Origin: Chthonomonadales bacterium
GTDB taxonomy: Bacteria; Armatimonadota; Chthonomonadetes; Chthonomonadales; Chthonomonadaceae
Assembly (NCBI GenBank): GCA_038217285.1
Contig: JBBQPO010000121.1
Span: 1-17,424, forward strand
Reading direction: 5' to 3'
DNA length: 17,424 bases
Shown one piece after another: positions 7,011 through 15,445 of this stretch; within the stretch, counting starts at the first letter, position 1; each line of letters opens with the position of its first letter. The translations under genes were made by a program, and so were the position numbers. The notes under the pieces were generated by a model that was given only the letters and a program-made list of their open reading frames with translations, did no database searches and had not been told where the DNA came from.

Positions 7011-8594
7011 TCACCGGGTCCATTCGTTGTCGACGAGCCGCCAGAGATTCAGCGGGTTGGCGTCCTGAAGCGCGGCGGGAAGCAGATCCTGCGGGCAGTC
7101 TTGGTAGCAAAGCGGGCGGACGAACCGGTGAATGGCCGCAGTGCCGACGGAGGTCGTGCGGCTGTCGGAGGTCGCCGGATAGGGGCCACCATGCTGCATG
7201 GCAGCGCAGACTTCGACTCCGGTCGGGAAACCGTTGAAGAGCAGTCGCCCGACCTTCGTCTCCAGGATCGAGATAAGACCGCGATACTGCTTCAGGTCGT
7301 CCGCGTTGGCATGGATCGTAGCGGTCAACTGACCTTCCAGACGTTCCGCGACACTTTCGAGCTCTTCCGGTGTCCCGCAGGCCACGACGAGCGAGGCGGG
7401 TCCGAAGACCTCTTCGCGCAGATCATGCTGACCAAGAAAGTGGGTCGCATCCGTCGCGAACAACATAGCGTTGACCTGCGTGAGGGTCGGATCAGCCACC
7501 GTCTGAGGATGGCTTTTGGTCCAGACTCCGGGGGTGCGCTGCAGGCGGTTTGTGCCCTGCCCGAACGCCTTCTGAATGTTGGGATAGAGCATCGTGCCGG
7601 GTGCTACGGCGCTTATTCGCTCGGCTGCCGTAAGGAGAAACGCGGTTAAGTTCTCGCTCTGCAGGCCGACGACCACCCCCGGGTTGGTACAGAACTGTCC
7701 GACGCCGAGCGTTACCGACTGCGCCAACCCTTCGGCGATCTTCTCTCCCCGCTCCTGTAGCGCGCCCGGCAGAACGAACACCGGGTTCACGCTGCCCATC
7801 TCGGCATAGACCGGGATCGGCTTCGGGCGGGCGGCGGCGGCATCGAACAGCGCCCGGCCTGCGCTCAGAGAGCCGGTAAATCCGACGGCTTCCAGTTTCG
7901 GATGACGTACCAGGGCCAGCCCCGTCTCTTTCATGCCGTGTATCATCGAGAAGACGCCGTCCGGCATGCCAGTGACTAGGGCAGCGCGTCCTATGGCACG
8001 CGCCACCAGTTCCGATGTGCCGGGATGCGCCGGATGGGCCTTCACGACGACCGGACAGCCCGCTGCCAGTGCCGACGCGGTATCGCCGCCTGCGACGGAG
8101 AAGGCGAAGGGAAAGTTGCTGGCACCGAAGACCGCAACCGGACCAATCGGCAGCAGCATACGACGCAGATCGGCACGTGGCAGAGGCTGGCGGTCCGGCA
8201 GGGCGTGATCGATACGCGCCTCGACCCAGGAGCCTTCCCGCAGCAGAGTGGCGAACATTTTAAGCTGACCGACCGTGCGGCCGCGCTCGCCGGTCAGACG
8301 GGCCAGCGGCAGCGCCGTTTCGCGGTTCGCGAGCTCCAGTAGGCCGTCCCCGAGCTCGACGATCTCGTCCGCGATGCGCTCCAGGAAGTCTGCTCGCGCC
8401 GCCGTCGGCAGGTCGCGATAGAGAGGAAACGCCTGCGCCGCAAGCTCCACGGCGCGGCTGACTTCGGCCTCCGTCGCGATATGAAAGGCGGTGGCGATCA
8501 CAGCCCCCGTGGCGGGATTGACGGCGGTGAACCTCTTCGTTCCCTGTGCCGAGGCGCTATTGCCGATGATATTCAGACCGTGCAGTTCCAACAT
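7011..8594 (-). CDS. lhpG: Alpha-ketoglutaric semialdehyde (2,5-dioxopentanoate) dehydrogenase, ALDH family, 527 aa
   Basis: Likely start MLELHG at 8594, 8 nt after the upstream stop; the 9050 start overlaps the FAH gene. Motifs GPVAVFGASNFPFAFSVAGGDTASALAAGCPVVVKAHPAHP, GFTGS, YAEMGSVNP (Glu), GQFCTNPG (Cys), EEVFGP and HGGPYPATSD are characteristic of KGSADH. Confidence 0.92.
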   Translation of the reverse strand: MLELHGLNIIGNSASAQGTKRFTAVNPATGAVIATAFHIATEAEVSRAVELAAQAFPLYRDLPTAARADFLERIADEIVELGDGLLELANRETALPLARLTGERGRTVGQLKMFATLLREGSWVEARIDHALPDRQPLPRADLRRMLLPIGPVAVFGASNFPFAFSVAGGDTASALAAGCPVVVKAHPAHPGTSELVARAIGRAALVTGMPDGVFSMIHGMKETGLALVRHPKLEAVGFTGSLSAGRALFDAAAARPKPIPVYAEMGSVNPVFVLPGALQERGEKIAEGLAQSVTLGVGQFCTNPGVVVGLQSENLTAFLLTAAERISAVAPGTMLYPNIQKAFGQGTNRLQRTPGVWTKSHPQTVADPTLTQVNAMLFATDATHFLGQHDLREEVFGPASLVVACGTPEELESVAERLEGQLTATIHANADDLKQYRGLISILETKVGRLLFNGFPTGVEVCAAMQHGGPYPATSDSRTTSVGTAAIHRFVRPLCYQDCPQDLLPAALQDANPLNLWRLVDNEWTR

Positions 8595-8602
8595 AGTGTT
8601 CC

Positions 8603-9433
8603 TTACTCGACATAGTTCGTGAGGGTGCCGATGGGTGCGATGGTGATGTGCACCTTGTCGCCAGCTTGCAGAGTGAAGTCGTTGCCGGGAATGATACCGG
8701 TCCCCGTCATGAGGTAGCAGCCCTGCAGGTAGCTGGTTTCGCGGTAGAGATAGTCTACCAGTTCCTGGGGCTCCCGCTTGAGCTGCGAGAGATCGGTTTC
8801 GCCGGAGAACGCCGTCTGCCCTGCCCGTTCGATCCGAAGCTCGATCTTCGTCTCTTTCGGAAGGAGGGAATCGCTCACCAGGACGACCGGCCCCAGAGCA
8901 CAGGACCTGTCGTAGACCTTCGCCTGGGGCAGGTAGAGCGGATTCTCGCCTTCGATGTCCCGTGAACTCATGTCGTTGCCGATGGTGAAGCCTACGATCC
9001 GCCCGACCGGGTTGATCACCAGGGTCAGTTCCGGCTCGGGCACGTTCCACTTCGAGTCCTTCCGAATGCGCACACCCGTACCTGGTCCGACGACGCGATG
9101 TCCCAAGGCCTTGAAGAAAAGCTCTGGCCGCTCGGCCTCGTACACTTTCGCATAGAAGTCGTCCCCACCCGCCTGCTTCGACTCCTCCATGCGCGCATTG
9201 CGACTGCGATAGTAGGTCACGCCCGCCGCCCAGACCTCCTGGCTGCCGATAGGCGCCAACCGTTCGGACGGGGAGATCGTCTGCGTATGGGCAGGCGTCC
9301 CAGCGATTTTCTGCTGCAGAGTCTGGGCCAGATCCGCGCTCGACAGGAGTTCGTCCCAGGGCGTGCCGGCCAGCACATAGGTCGCGCCGTCTACCTCGAC
9401 GACCGGTCCCTGCTCTATTCGATAAAGTTTCAC
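8603..9433 (-). CDS. Fumarylacetoacetate-hydrolase family protein, 2-keto-3-deoxy-pentonate dehydratase (KdaD/XylX)-like
   Basis: 276 aa, GTG start with AAGGAG. Motifs QEVWAAGVTYYRSR.AR.EES, YAKVYEAERPELFFKA, WNVPEPEL, GNDMSSRDIEGENPLYLPQAKVY and LMTGTG. Confidence 0.88.
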   Translation of the reverse strand: MKLYRIEQGPVVEVDGATYVLAGTPWDELLSSADLAQTLQQKIAGTPAHTQTISPSERLAPIGSQEVWAAGVTYYRSRNARMEESKQAGGDDFYAKVYEAERPELFFKALGHRVVGPGTGVRIRKDSKWNVPEPELTLVINPVGRIVGFTIGNDMSSRDIEGENPLYLPQAKVYDRSCALGPVVLVSDSLLPKETKIELRIERAGQTAFSGETDLSQLKREPQELVDYLYRETSYLQGCYLMTGTGIIPGNDFTLQAGDKVHITIAPIGTLTNYVE

Positions 9434-9457
9434 GCCTGCTCCTTAAAATGGTTCGCG

Positions 9458-10717
9458 TTATGCGTAGCGGTCTGGACTGAGCGCCTGCAAAACGAGAGAA
9501 GGTTTCTCATCGGAGAGAAGCTCACTCATTAGTTTACCCGTTATCGGCCCGAGACTAAGTCCCATCATGGCATGCCCCGTGGCAGCCGAGAGATTGGCGT
9601 AGCGACCGAAGCGCCCAATATACGGCAGCCCATCCGGGGAGCAGGGACGCAGCCCGCGCCAGACGGGAAGATCCCGAAACTCCTCCGCCGAGAACGCCGG
9701 AAAGTAATTGGGAATAGACTTGAGGATCCCGTTGACACGGGCGGGATTGATGCTCTCGTCCAGGCCGGTGATCTCCATCGTGCCGCCGAAGCGCAGGGTG
9801 TTGCCCATCGGCGTGACGGCGACACGCGCCTCGGTAAAGATCGAGCAGAGTTCCGGCTGTTGACGCGGTTCAGGAAGGGTAATGCTGTAGCCTTTGCCGG
9901 CCTGCATCGGCAGGTTCAGGTGCAGCCCGCGCACCAACGGTGGCGACCACGCGCCGCCCGCCAGCACATACTCGTCGGCGGTCAGTTCGCCCTTCGTAGT
10001 CTGCACGGCCTCGATCCTGCCCGCCCCGACACGCCATCCGGTGACTTCCGTGGACCAGTGAAAGGTCGCCCCGCCCTCTTCCAGCGCCCGCGTCAACTCC
10101 GCGACGAACTTCTGGGGGGTCAGATGGCAGTCCTGCGCGAAGTAGACCGATCCGGCCACATCCATCGTAACACCAGGATCCCGTTCTGCCGTCTGCCGGG
10201 CGTTCAGCACCTCCGCTCTCAGCCCGAGTTGACTCGCCTTCTCGACCAGTTCCGCCTCTTCGTGCAGGGTTCGTTCCGTTTTGCAGAGCATCAGCAGCCC
10301 TTTCTGCACCAGACCGAACGCGTTGTCCGAGCGGAGGGCAAGCTCCTCATAGCAGCGTCGGCTCTCCAGATTCAGGTCGCGGAGCAGAGGCGCGGAGCGG
10401 GCGACGTGCGCGGCATTGGCGGCGCGCCAGAACTGCCAGCCCCACCGCATCAGGTCGAGGCTCAGACGCGGTCGGACGTAGAACGGACTCTCCGGGTTCC
10501 ACATCACGCGCAGGCCATAGGCGACCATTCCCGGCGCAGCTAGCGGGGTAAAGTGGCTGGGAACGATCATCCCGGCATTGCCAAGAGAGCAACCATCGTG
10601 ATCCGGCGCCCCGCGCTCCACCAGCGTGATGCGATGGCCTCTCTGCATGGCGTAGTAGGCCGTGCAGAGTCCGATAACACCGCCTCCGACGATCAACACG
10701 GATTTCGATTTCGACAT
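9458..10717 (-). CDS. lhpB: FAD-dependent D-amino acid dehydrogenase (DadA/DAO family); probable D-hydroxyproline dehydrogenase, 419 aa
   Basis: The start MSKSKS at 10717 directly precedes the Rossmann motif IVGGGVIG. Other motifs are CSLGNAG, GKGYS, WRGLRPCSPDGLPYIG and ATGHAMMGLSLGPITG. Substrate is inferred from the position between the epimerase and KGSADH genes. Confidence 0.85.
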   Translation of the reverse strand: MSKSKSVLIVGGGVIGLCTAYYAMQRGHRITLVERGAPDHDGCSLGNAGMIVPSHFTPLAAPGMVAYGLRVMWNPESPFYVRPRLSLDLMRWGWQFWRAANAAHVARSAPLLRDLNLESRRCYEELALRSDNAFGLVQKGLLMLCKTERTLHEEAELVEKASQLGLRAEVLNARQTAERDPGVTMDVAGSVYFAQDCHLTPQKFVAELTRALEEGGATFHWSTEVTGWRVGAGRIEAVQTTKGELTADEYVLAGGAWSPPLVRGLHLNLPMQAGKGYSITLPEPRQQPELCSIFTEARVAVTPMGNTLRFGGTMEITGLDESINPARVNGILKSIPNYFPAFSAEEFRDLPVWRGLRPCSPDGLPYIGRFGRYANLSAATGHAMMGLSLGPITGKLMSELLSDEKPSLVLQALSPDRYA

Positions 10718-10730
10718 AGAACAGAGAACC

Positions 10731-11681
10731 TTATCGGATGCCCATACAGAAGGGATCGGCAGGGTCGAGCAACAGGGTGGATTCGGCATTGACGTAGGCG
10801 ATACCGCGAATGGTGGGAATGATCTCCCCGTCGAGGATCTCGACCGATCCTTCGAAGAGACTGCCGATAATGCTCTCCTGTCGCCAGACGACGCCGGGGG
10901 CGAGTTTGCCGTCGGCATAGAGGCAGGCGAGTTTGGCGCTCGTGCCAGTGCCGCAGGGCGACCGGTCGTAGGCTTTGCCGGGGCAGAGAACAAAGTTGCG
11001 ACTGTCGGCGGCAGGATTCGGAGAAGGCGCGAAGAGTTCTATATGGTCGATCTCACCGCCATCGCGCCCGAAAATCCCCGCACGTTGCAGCGCCTCCCGA
11101 ATTTTCCAGGTAAAACCGGTCAGCGCCTCGATATTCGTGAGCGTGAGTTCCTGCCCATGATCGCTGACGAGAAAGAACCAGTTTCCTCCCCACGCGATGT
11201 CGCCGCGAACCGGACCAACTCCGTCCACTTCCACCGTGACGCCTCGCGCATGACGATAGGAGGGAACGTTTTGGACGGCGACCGTACCGTCGGCATCCAG
11301 CACCGCGGTCACAATACCGACGGGTGTCTCAATCCTATGAGCGCCGGGTGTGATACGGCCCAGATGGGCCAGGCTCGCCATCAAGCCAATGGTCCCGTGG
11401 CCGCACATGCCGAGCACGCCCACATTGTTGAAGAAGATTACGCCCGCTGCACAGGAGGGGTCGAAGGGCGGTAACAGCAGCGCGCCGACCAGCACATCGG
11501 AGCCGCGCGGTTCGTTGACGACCGCCGAGCGAAACGAATCGAAGTCGTCTCGAAAACGCTGCGTACGCTCAGCAATTGGCCCCTCACCCAGGTCGGGCCC
11601 GCCGCTGATAACGGTGCGTGTCGGCTCCCCGCCCGTATGAGAGTCGATGACATGAACGTGCTGTACGACGCTGTCGCTCAT
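10731..11681 (-). CDS. lhpA: 4-hydroxyproline 2-epimerase (proline racemase family), 316 aa
   Basis: Start MSDSVV at 11681, 4 nt after the upstream stop. Motifs [36 protein letters not shown] and [11 protein letters not shown]. The Cys/Cys catalytic pair indicates a racemase/epimerase, not a Cys/Thr dehydratase. Confidence 0.92.
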   Translation of the reverse strand: MSDSVVQHVHVIDSHTGGEPTRTVISGGPDLGEGPIAERTQRFRDDFDSFRSAVVNEPRGSDVLVGALLLPPFDPSCAAGVIFFNNVGVLGMCGHGTIGLMASLAHLGRITPGAHRIETPVGIVTAVLDADGTVAVQNVPSYRHARGVTVEVDGVGPVRGDIAWGGNWFFLVSDHGQELTLTNIEALTGFTWKIREALQRAGIFGRDGGEIDHIELFAPSPNPAADSRNFVLCPGKAYDRSPCGTGTSAKLACLYADGKLAPGVVWRQESIIGSLFEGSVEILDGEIIPTIRGIAYVNAESTLLLDPADPFCMGIR

Positions 11682-11685
11682 TTCC

Positions 11686-12600
11686 CTACGCCTTCGCTCT
11701 GGCGGGAACAGAGGGGCGCGTCGCGATGCCCTTGTGGATGATCGCCAGCACCTCTTCGCGCTCCTTGCCTTCAATCGTCAGACGGGGCGCGCGCACCCAC
11801 TCCGCGCCGAGGCCGCACTCCTGTACGCAGAGCTTGATATACTGCACGAACTTCAGCGGAATGTCGAGATGGAGCAGCGGCATATACCAGCGGTAGATCT
11901 CCCGAGCCTTCTCCCACTGCCCGCTCGCAGCCAGATCCCAGAGGTACTGATTCTCGGCAGGAAACGCAAGCCCGACTCCGGCAATCCAGCCCTCTGCTCC
12001 CAGGAAAATGCTCTCCAGCGCAAGGTCGTCCACACCCGTAAAGATCGTGTAGCGATTGCCGATCAGGTTGAGAATGTCGGTGATACGGCGTATATTGCCC
12101 GACGACTCTTTGATCGCGACGAGTGTCTTTTCATCGGCCATTTCGGCGAACATCTCAGGGGTAATGTCCACACCGTAGGCGAGCGGATTGTTGTAGACGA
12201 TGATCGGCAGGCCGCTGGAGCGGGCCACGGTACGAAAGTGGGTCATGGTCTCACGCGGGTCCGATTTGTAGACCATCGCCGGAAGCACCATTAGCCCATC
12301 CGCGCCAAGGTTCTCCATGTCGCGCGCATACCGGCTCGCCGCAGCGGTGCTGCATTCAGAGATGCTGCTCAACACCGGCACCCGCCCCTGGCTCACCTTG
12401 ATCGCCGTCTTCACGACCAGCCGCTTCTCTTCCGGCTCCAGCGCAACATTCTCGCCCAGCGAGCCCAGCATGATAATGCCTGAGACACCCGACGCGATGA
12501 GCGTTTCAATATGCCGCGCAGTCGCGTCCAGGTCCAGGCTCTGGTCCTTCTTCAACTGCGTGGTAACGGCGGGAAAAACTCCTGTCCAACGTGCTGTCAT
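11686..12600 (-). CDS. lhpC: DapA/NAL-family delta1-pyrroline-4-hydroxy-2-carboxylate deaminase
   Basis: 304 aa with [28 protein letters not shown] (Schiff-base Lys), GVDDL and FVQYIKL. RBS AGAAGGAAG; adjacent to the Hyp epimerase gene. Confidence 0.88.
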   Translation of the reverse strand: MTARWTGVFPAVTTQLKKDQSLDLDATARHIETLIASGVSGIIMLGSLGENVALEPEEKRLVVKTAIKVSQGRVPVLSSISECSTAAASRYARDMENLGADGLMVLPAMVYKSDPRETMTHFRTVARSSGLPIIVYNNPLAYGVDITPEMFAEMADEKTLVAIKESSGNIRRITDILNLIGNRYTIFTGVDDLALESIFLGAEGWIAGVGLAFPAENQYLWDLAASGQWEKAREIYRWYMPLLHLDIPLKFVQYIKLCVQECGLGAEWVRAPRLTIEGKEREEVLAIIHKGIATRPSVPARAKA

Positions 12601-12634
12601 ATCACTTCCTTCTAAATGTCTCGCGAAGCGTGAG

Positions 12635-12899
12635 CGGGCGACCTAACCCCCCGTCCCCCTTCCCGACACGGGAAGGGGGTGCCCGTCTCAACATTTTTCT
12701 CGTTGTGTCTCACCGTATCCAGCGTTCTATTGCGTTCCTTTTGTCTTGTTTAAACAGACTGCAAGGCGGTGGAGTCTCGACCTCTTCCACTCAAATAAGG
12801 TGGAATGCGATGAGGAAAAGGAAGAGACGGGCACCCCCCTTCCCGGTGAGCGAAGCGAACGCAGTCGGGAAGGAGGGGACGGGGGGGTTAGGTCACCCG
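12635..12899. repeat. REP-doublet (REPIN)/MITE-like long inverted-repeat element
   Basis: Arm 12635-12689 (CGGGCGACCTAACCCCCCGTCCCCCTTCCCG-ACA-CGGGAAGGGGGTGCCCGTCTC) is inverted relative to arm 12824-12899. Each arm contains its own CCTTCCCG..CGGGAAGG hairpin, and inner pairing continues at 12694-12718/12795-12819. Confidence 0.85.
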
Positions 12900-12931
12900 G
12901 TGAAGTGCGAAGCCAACACGAGCGTGCCAAC

Positions 12932-13906
12932 TTACCGAAGCACCTTGCCTTTGACGTCGAGGATCTGGACGGCGACGACGTCGTTGCCGAGAATATCCCA
13001 GTTTTTGAGCGTCCAGACGACCTTCTTGTCCCGGCTGACTTCGACGATCTGCGGGTTGTTGGGACCGGCATGGGAGTTGCCGAAAACGACGTTGCCGTTG
13101 GGCAGCACTTCCAGATTGGTGATCCAACAGAGGTGGATTCCGGGCAGCTCATCGCGCTCGACGCTCCAGACTGTCTTGCCTTCCGGCGTGACCTCGAAGA
13201 CGCGGTTGTTGTTACCGCCGGCGATCATGGTGTTGCCGTTCTTGAGGCGCACCACGCCAAAGACGTTGATACCGTGTCCGTCGTGTCCGCCGGTTTCGGG
13301 CTGGCCGACCAGATCCAGGGCATAAGTCCAGACGACCGCACCCTTATCGTCGTACTCACGGATCTTGCCGTCGCCTTCGTGCGCGACCAGATAGTGCCCG
13401 TTATCCAGTTTGCGCACCAGGCGGGTGTCGCGGTGTGGGCTTTCGTGATCGACCGTCAGTGGGATCTCTTTGACGATCGCATTGTCCTTATCGACTTCGA
13501 TGATGCGCAGGTTGCCTGTCTCGCCGATCATCGTGTTGCCGTTTTTCAGACGCTGAAAGCCGTGAACCTCCACGGCCCCGTTGTAGGGCGCTTTCGGCTT
13601 TGCTTCCCATTTCCAGACGATCTCCTTCTTCGGGGTCATCTCGACGATGGTACGGGGGCCGGTGTTGAGCAGAATATTGCCGTTCGGGAGCACGGAGATG
13701 TCGTGGGAGGTGTAGTTGCAGGGCGTCTCCCATTCGATCTGCCCGGTTGGGCTGAGAATGAGAACGCGGCCCTTGTCCTGCACGACCAGGCGGTGCGTAA
13801 CCGTCGAGTCATGGGCGGCAGCGGCGGCAGGCTTGTCGGCGCGGGCCACCACGAGGCTGGAGAGGCCGACGAGTGCGGTGAGAGAGGCGATCATGATACG
13901 CTTCAT
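12932..13906 (-). CDS. Secreted beta-propeller protein (PQQ/NHL/arylsulfotransferase-like repeats)
   Basis: 324 aa with a signal peptide ending ARA-D. It has five LxNG(N/H)x(L/M/V) and I(V/I)E...(V/I)VW repeats. The RBS AAAGGA overlaps the upstream stop region. Confidence 0.85.
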   Translation of the reverse strand: MKRIMIASLTALVGLSSLVVARADKPAAAAAHDSTVTHRLVVQDKGRVLILSPTGQIEWETPCNYTSHDISVLPNGNILLNTGPRTIVEMTPKKEIVWKWEAKPKAPYNGAVEVHGFQRLKNGNTMIGETGNLRIIEVDKDNAIVKEIPLTVDHESPHRDTRLVRKLDNGHYLVAHEGDGKIREYDDKGAVVWTYALDLVGQPETGGHDGHGINVFGVVRLKNGNTMIAGGNNNRVFEVTPEGKTVWSVERDELPGIHLCWITNLEVLPNGNVVFGNSHAGPNNPQIVEVSRDKKVVWTLKNWDILGNDVVAVQILDVKGKVLR

Positions 13907-13920
13907 TGAGTAGAATTCCT

Positions 13921-15411
13921 TTATGCGATGATTTCTTTGATCGGATCGGCGCCTTCGACGCCGACGAGTTTCTGGTTCAGACCGCCGTAGAAGTAGGTCA
14001 GCCTATTGGGATCGAGGCCCATCTGATGAAGCATCGTCGCGTGCAGATGCTTGACCTTGAACGGGTCTTCCACCGCCTTGCTGCCAAGTTCGTCGGTCTG
14101 GCCTACCGTGACACCGCCCTTGATGCCGCCGCCTGCCATCCACATCGTAAAGCCGTAGGCGTTGTGGTCGCGCCCCGTGCCGACCGCATATTCGGCGGTA
14201 GGCTGGCGTCCGAACTCGCCGCCCCACACAATCAGCGTGCTGTCGAGCAGACCGCGCTGCTTCAGGTCTTTGAGAAGCCCGGCGATCGGCTTGTCGGTCT
14301 CCCCGGCGTGAAGCGTGTGGTTGGTCATGAGGTCGTTGTGCGCGTCCCAGGTGGAGTCGACATGCGCGCCGCCGCTGTAGAGCTGAATGAAACGGACCCC
14401 GCGCTCGACCAACCGCCGCGCCATGAGACACTGCCGTCCGAAGACCTCCGTCTTCTTGTCGTGGAGACCGTACATCTCCTTGACGTGCTCGGGTTCGCTG
14501 CTCAGGTCGGTGGCTTCGGGCGCGTTGGACTGCATCCGGTAGGCCAGTTCGTAACTGGCGATTCGTGCGGAGAGATTGGAGTTGTCGCTGCGCATCGCCT
14601 CGTGCTCGGAGTTGTACTCCTTCAGAGTGTCGAGCATTTGACGCTGCAGGCTGTCGCTTTCATCGACTGGACGCTTCAGATCGAGGATTGGCGTCTCACC
14701 CGCGTTAATGACGGTCGCCTGGTAGGTGGCGGGCATGTAGCCGCTGCTCCAGTTTTTGGGGCCGCTGATGGGGCCGCCACGCGGGTCGAGCATGACGACG
14801 AAACCCGGCAGGTTCTGATTGACCGTGCCGAGGCCATAGTTGGTCCAGGAGCCTATACAGGGGCTACCGCTCAGGATTTTGCCGCTGTTCATCTGCAGCA
14901 TCGCGGAGCCGTGAATCGGCGAATCGGCGGTCATGGAGTGTATAAACGCAATATCATCGACGCAGCCACTCAGATGCGGAAAGAGGTCGGAAACCCACTT
15001 GCCGCTCTGCCCGTACTGCTTGAACTTCCAGCGCGGCTCGACGATGCGACCCTGGTTTTTATGGCCGCCGCGCCCGAAGGTGGTCACGTTGATCGTCTTG
15101 CCGTCCATGCCGTACATCGTGGGCTTGTAGTCGAAGGTGTCGATCTGGCTCGGGCCGCCATACATATAGAGAAAGATGACCGATTTCGCCTTCTGCGGAA
15201 TCATCGGCTTCTTGGGAGCGAGCGGGTTTTTGAAGGGCGTTACACCATCGGCGCGCACCGACTGTGCATCGAGAAAGCCCTCGCCCGCCAGCATCGAGGC
15301 CAGCGCCACGGAGGTAAACCCTCCGCCCGCCTCCCACAGAAACTCGCGCCGGGTACGCCCACAGAAGCCGCCACTGGCGGCAGAACTGGATTTTCGATAG
15401 GGGTTTTGCAT
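13921..15411 (-). CDS. DUF1501 family protein with Tat signal (alkaline phosphatase/sulfatase-like)
   Basis: 496 aa with the twin-arginine motif TRREFL. Other motifs are AKSVIFLYMYGGPSQIDTFDYKP, ARRLVERGVRFIQL, WDAH, DLKQRGLLDSTLIVWGGEFGR and GRDHN. Confidence 0.93.
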   Translation of the reverse strand: MQNPYRKSSSAASGGFCGRTRREFLWEAGGGFTSVALASMLAGEGFLDAQSVRADGVTPFKNPLAPKKPMIPQKAKSVIFLYMYGGPSQIDTFDYKPTMYGMDGKTINVTTFGRGGHKNQGRIVEPRWKFKQYGQSGKWVSDLFPHLSGCVDDIAFIHSMTADSPIHGSAMLQMNSGKILSGSPCIGSWTNYGLGTVNQNLPGFVVMLDPRGGPISGPKNWSSGYMPATYQATVINAGETPILDLKRPVDESDSLQRQMLDTLKEYNSEHEAMRSDNSNLSARIASYELAYRMQSNAPEATDLSSEPEHVKEMYGLHDKKTEVFGRQCLMARRLVERGVRFIQLYSGGAHVDSTWDAHNDLMTNHTLHAGETDKPIAGLLKDLKQRGLLDSTLIVWGGEFGRQPTAEYAVGTGRDHNAYGFTMWMAGGGIKGGVTVGQTDELGSKAVEDPFKVKHLHATMLHQMGLDPNRLTYFYGGLNQKLVGVEGADPIKEIIA

Positions 15412-15445
15412 AGCTTACACACTCTCCTCGCGAACAGGACAGGTT

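Noticed and set aside
8595-11774. N-terminal extensions of the ALDH (to 9050), dehydrogenase (to 10993) and epimerase (to 11774) ORFs, suggesting fusions or overlaps
   Set aside because: The extensions overlap upstream genes in other frames and read as low-information Arg/Pro/Ser-rich sequence. Internal ATGs just after the upstream stops fit the family N-termini.
11686-12600. Annotation as true DapA (lysine synthesis) or L-KDA dehydratase
   Set aside because: The GSLGE motif, the N-terminal [11 protein letters not shown] and the adjacency to the Hyp epimerase fit the Pyr4H2C deaminase subfamily better.
12635-12899. CRISPR array, tRNA or known riboswitch interpretation of the repeat
   Set aside because: There are only two copies and they are inverted. 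There is no repeat-spacer periodicity, no cas genes, and no cloverleaf or riboswitch consensus that I recognise.
12591-13325. ORFs crossing the repeat element (12591-13325 +, 12727-13152 -), containing PPSPFP..EGG peptides
   Set aside because: These are translations of the palindromic repeat plus overlap with real genes; there is no evidence of coding.
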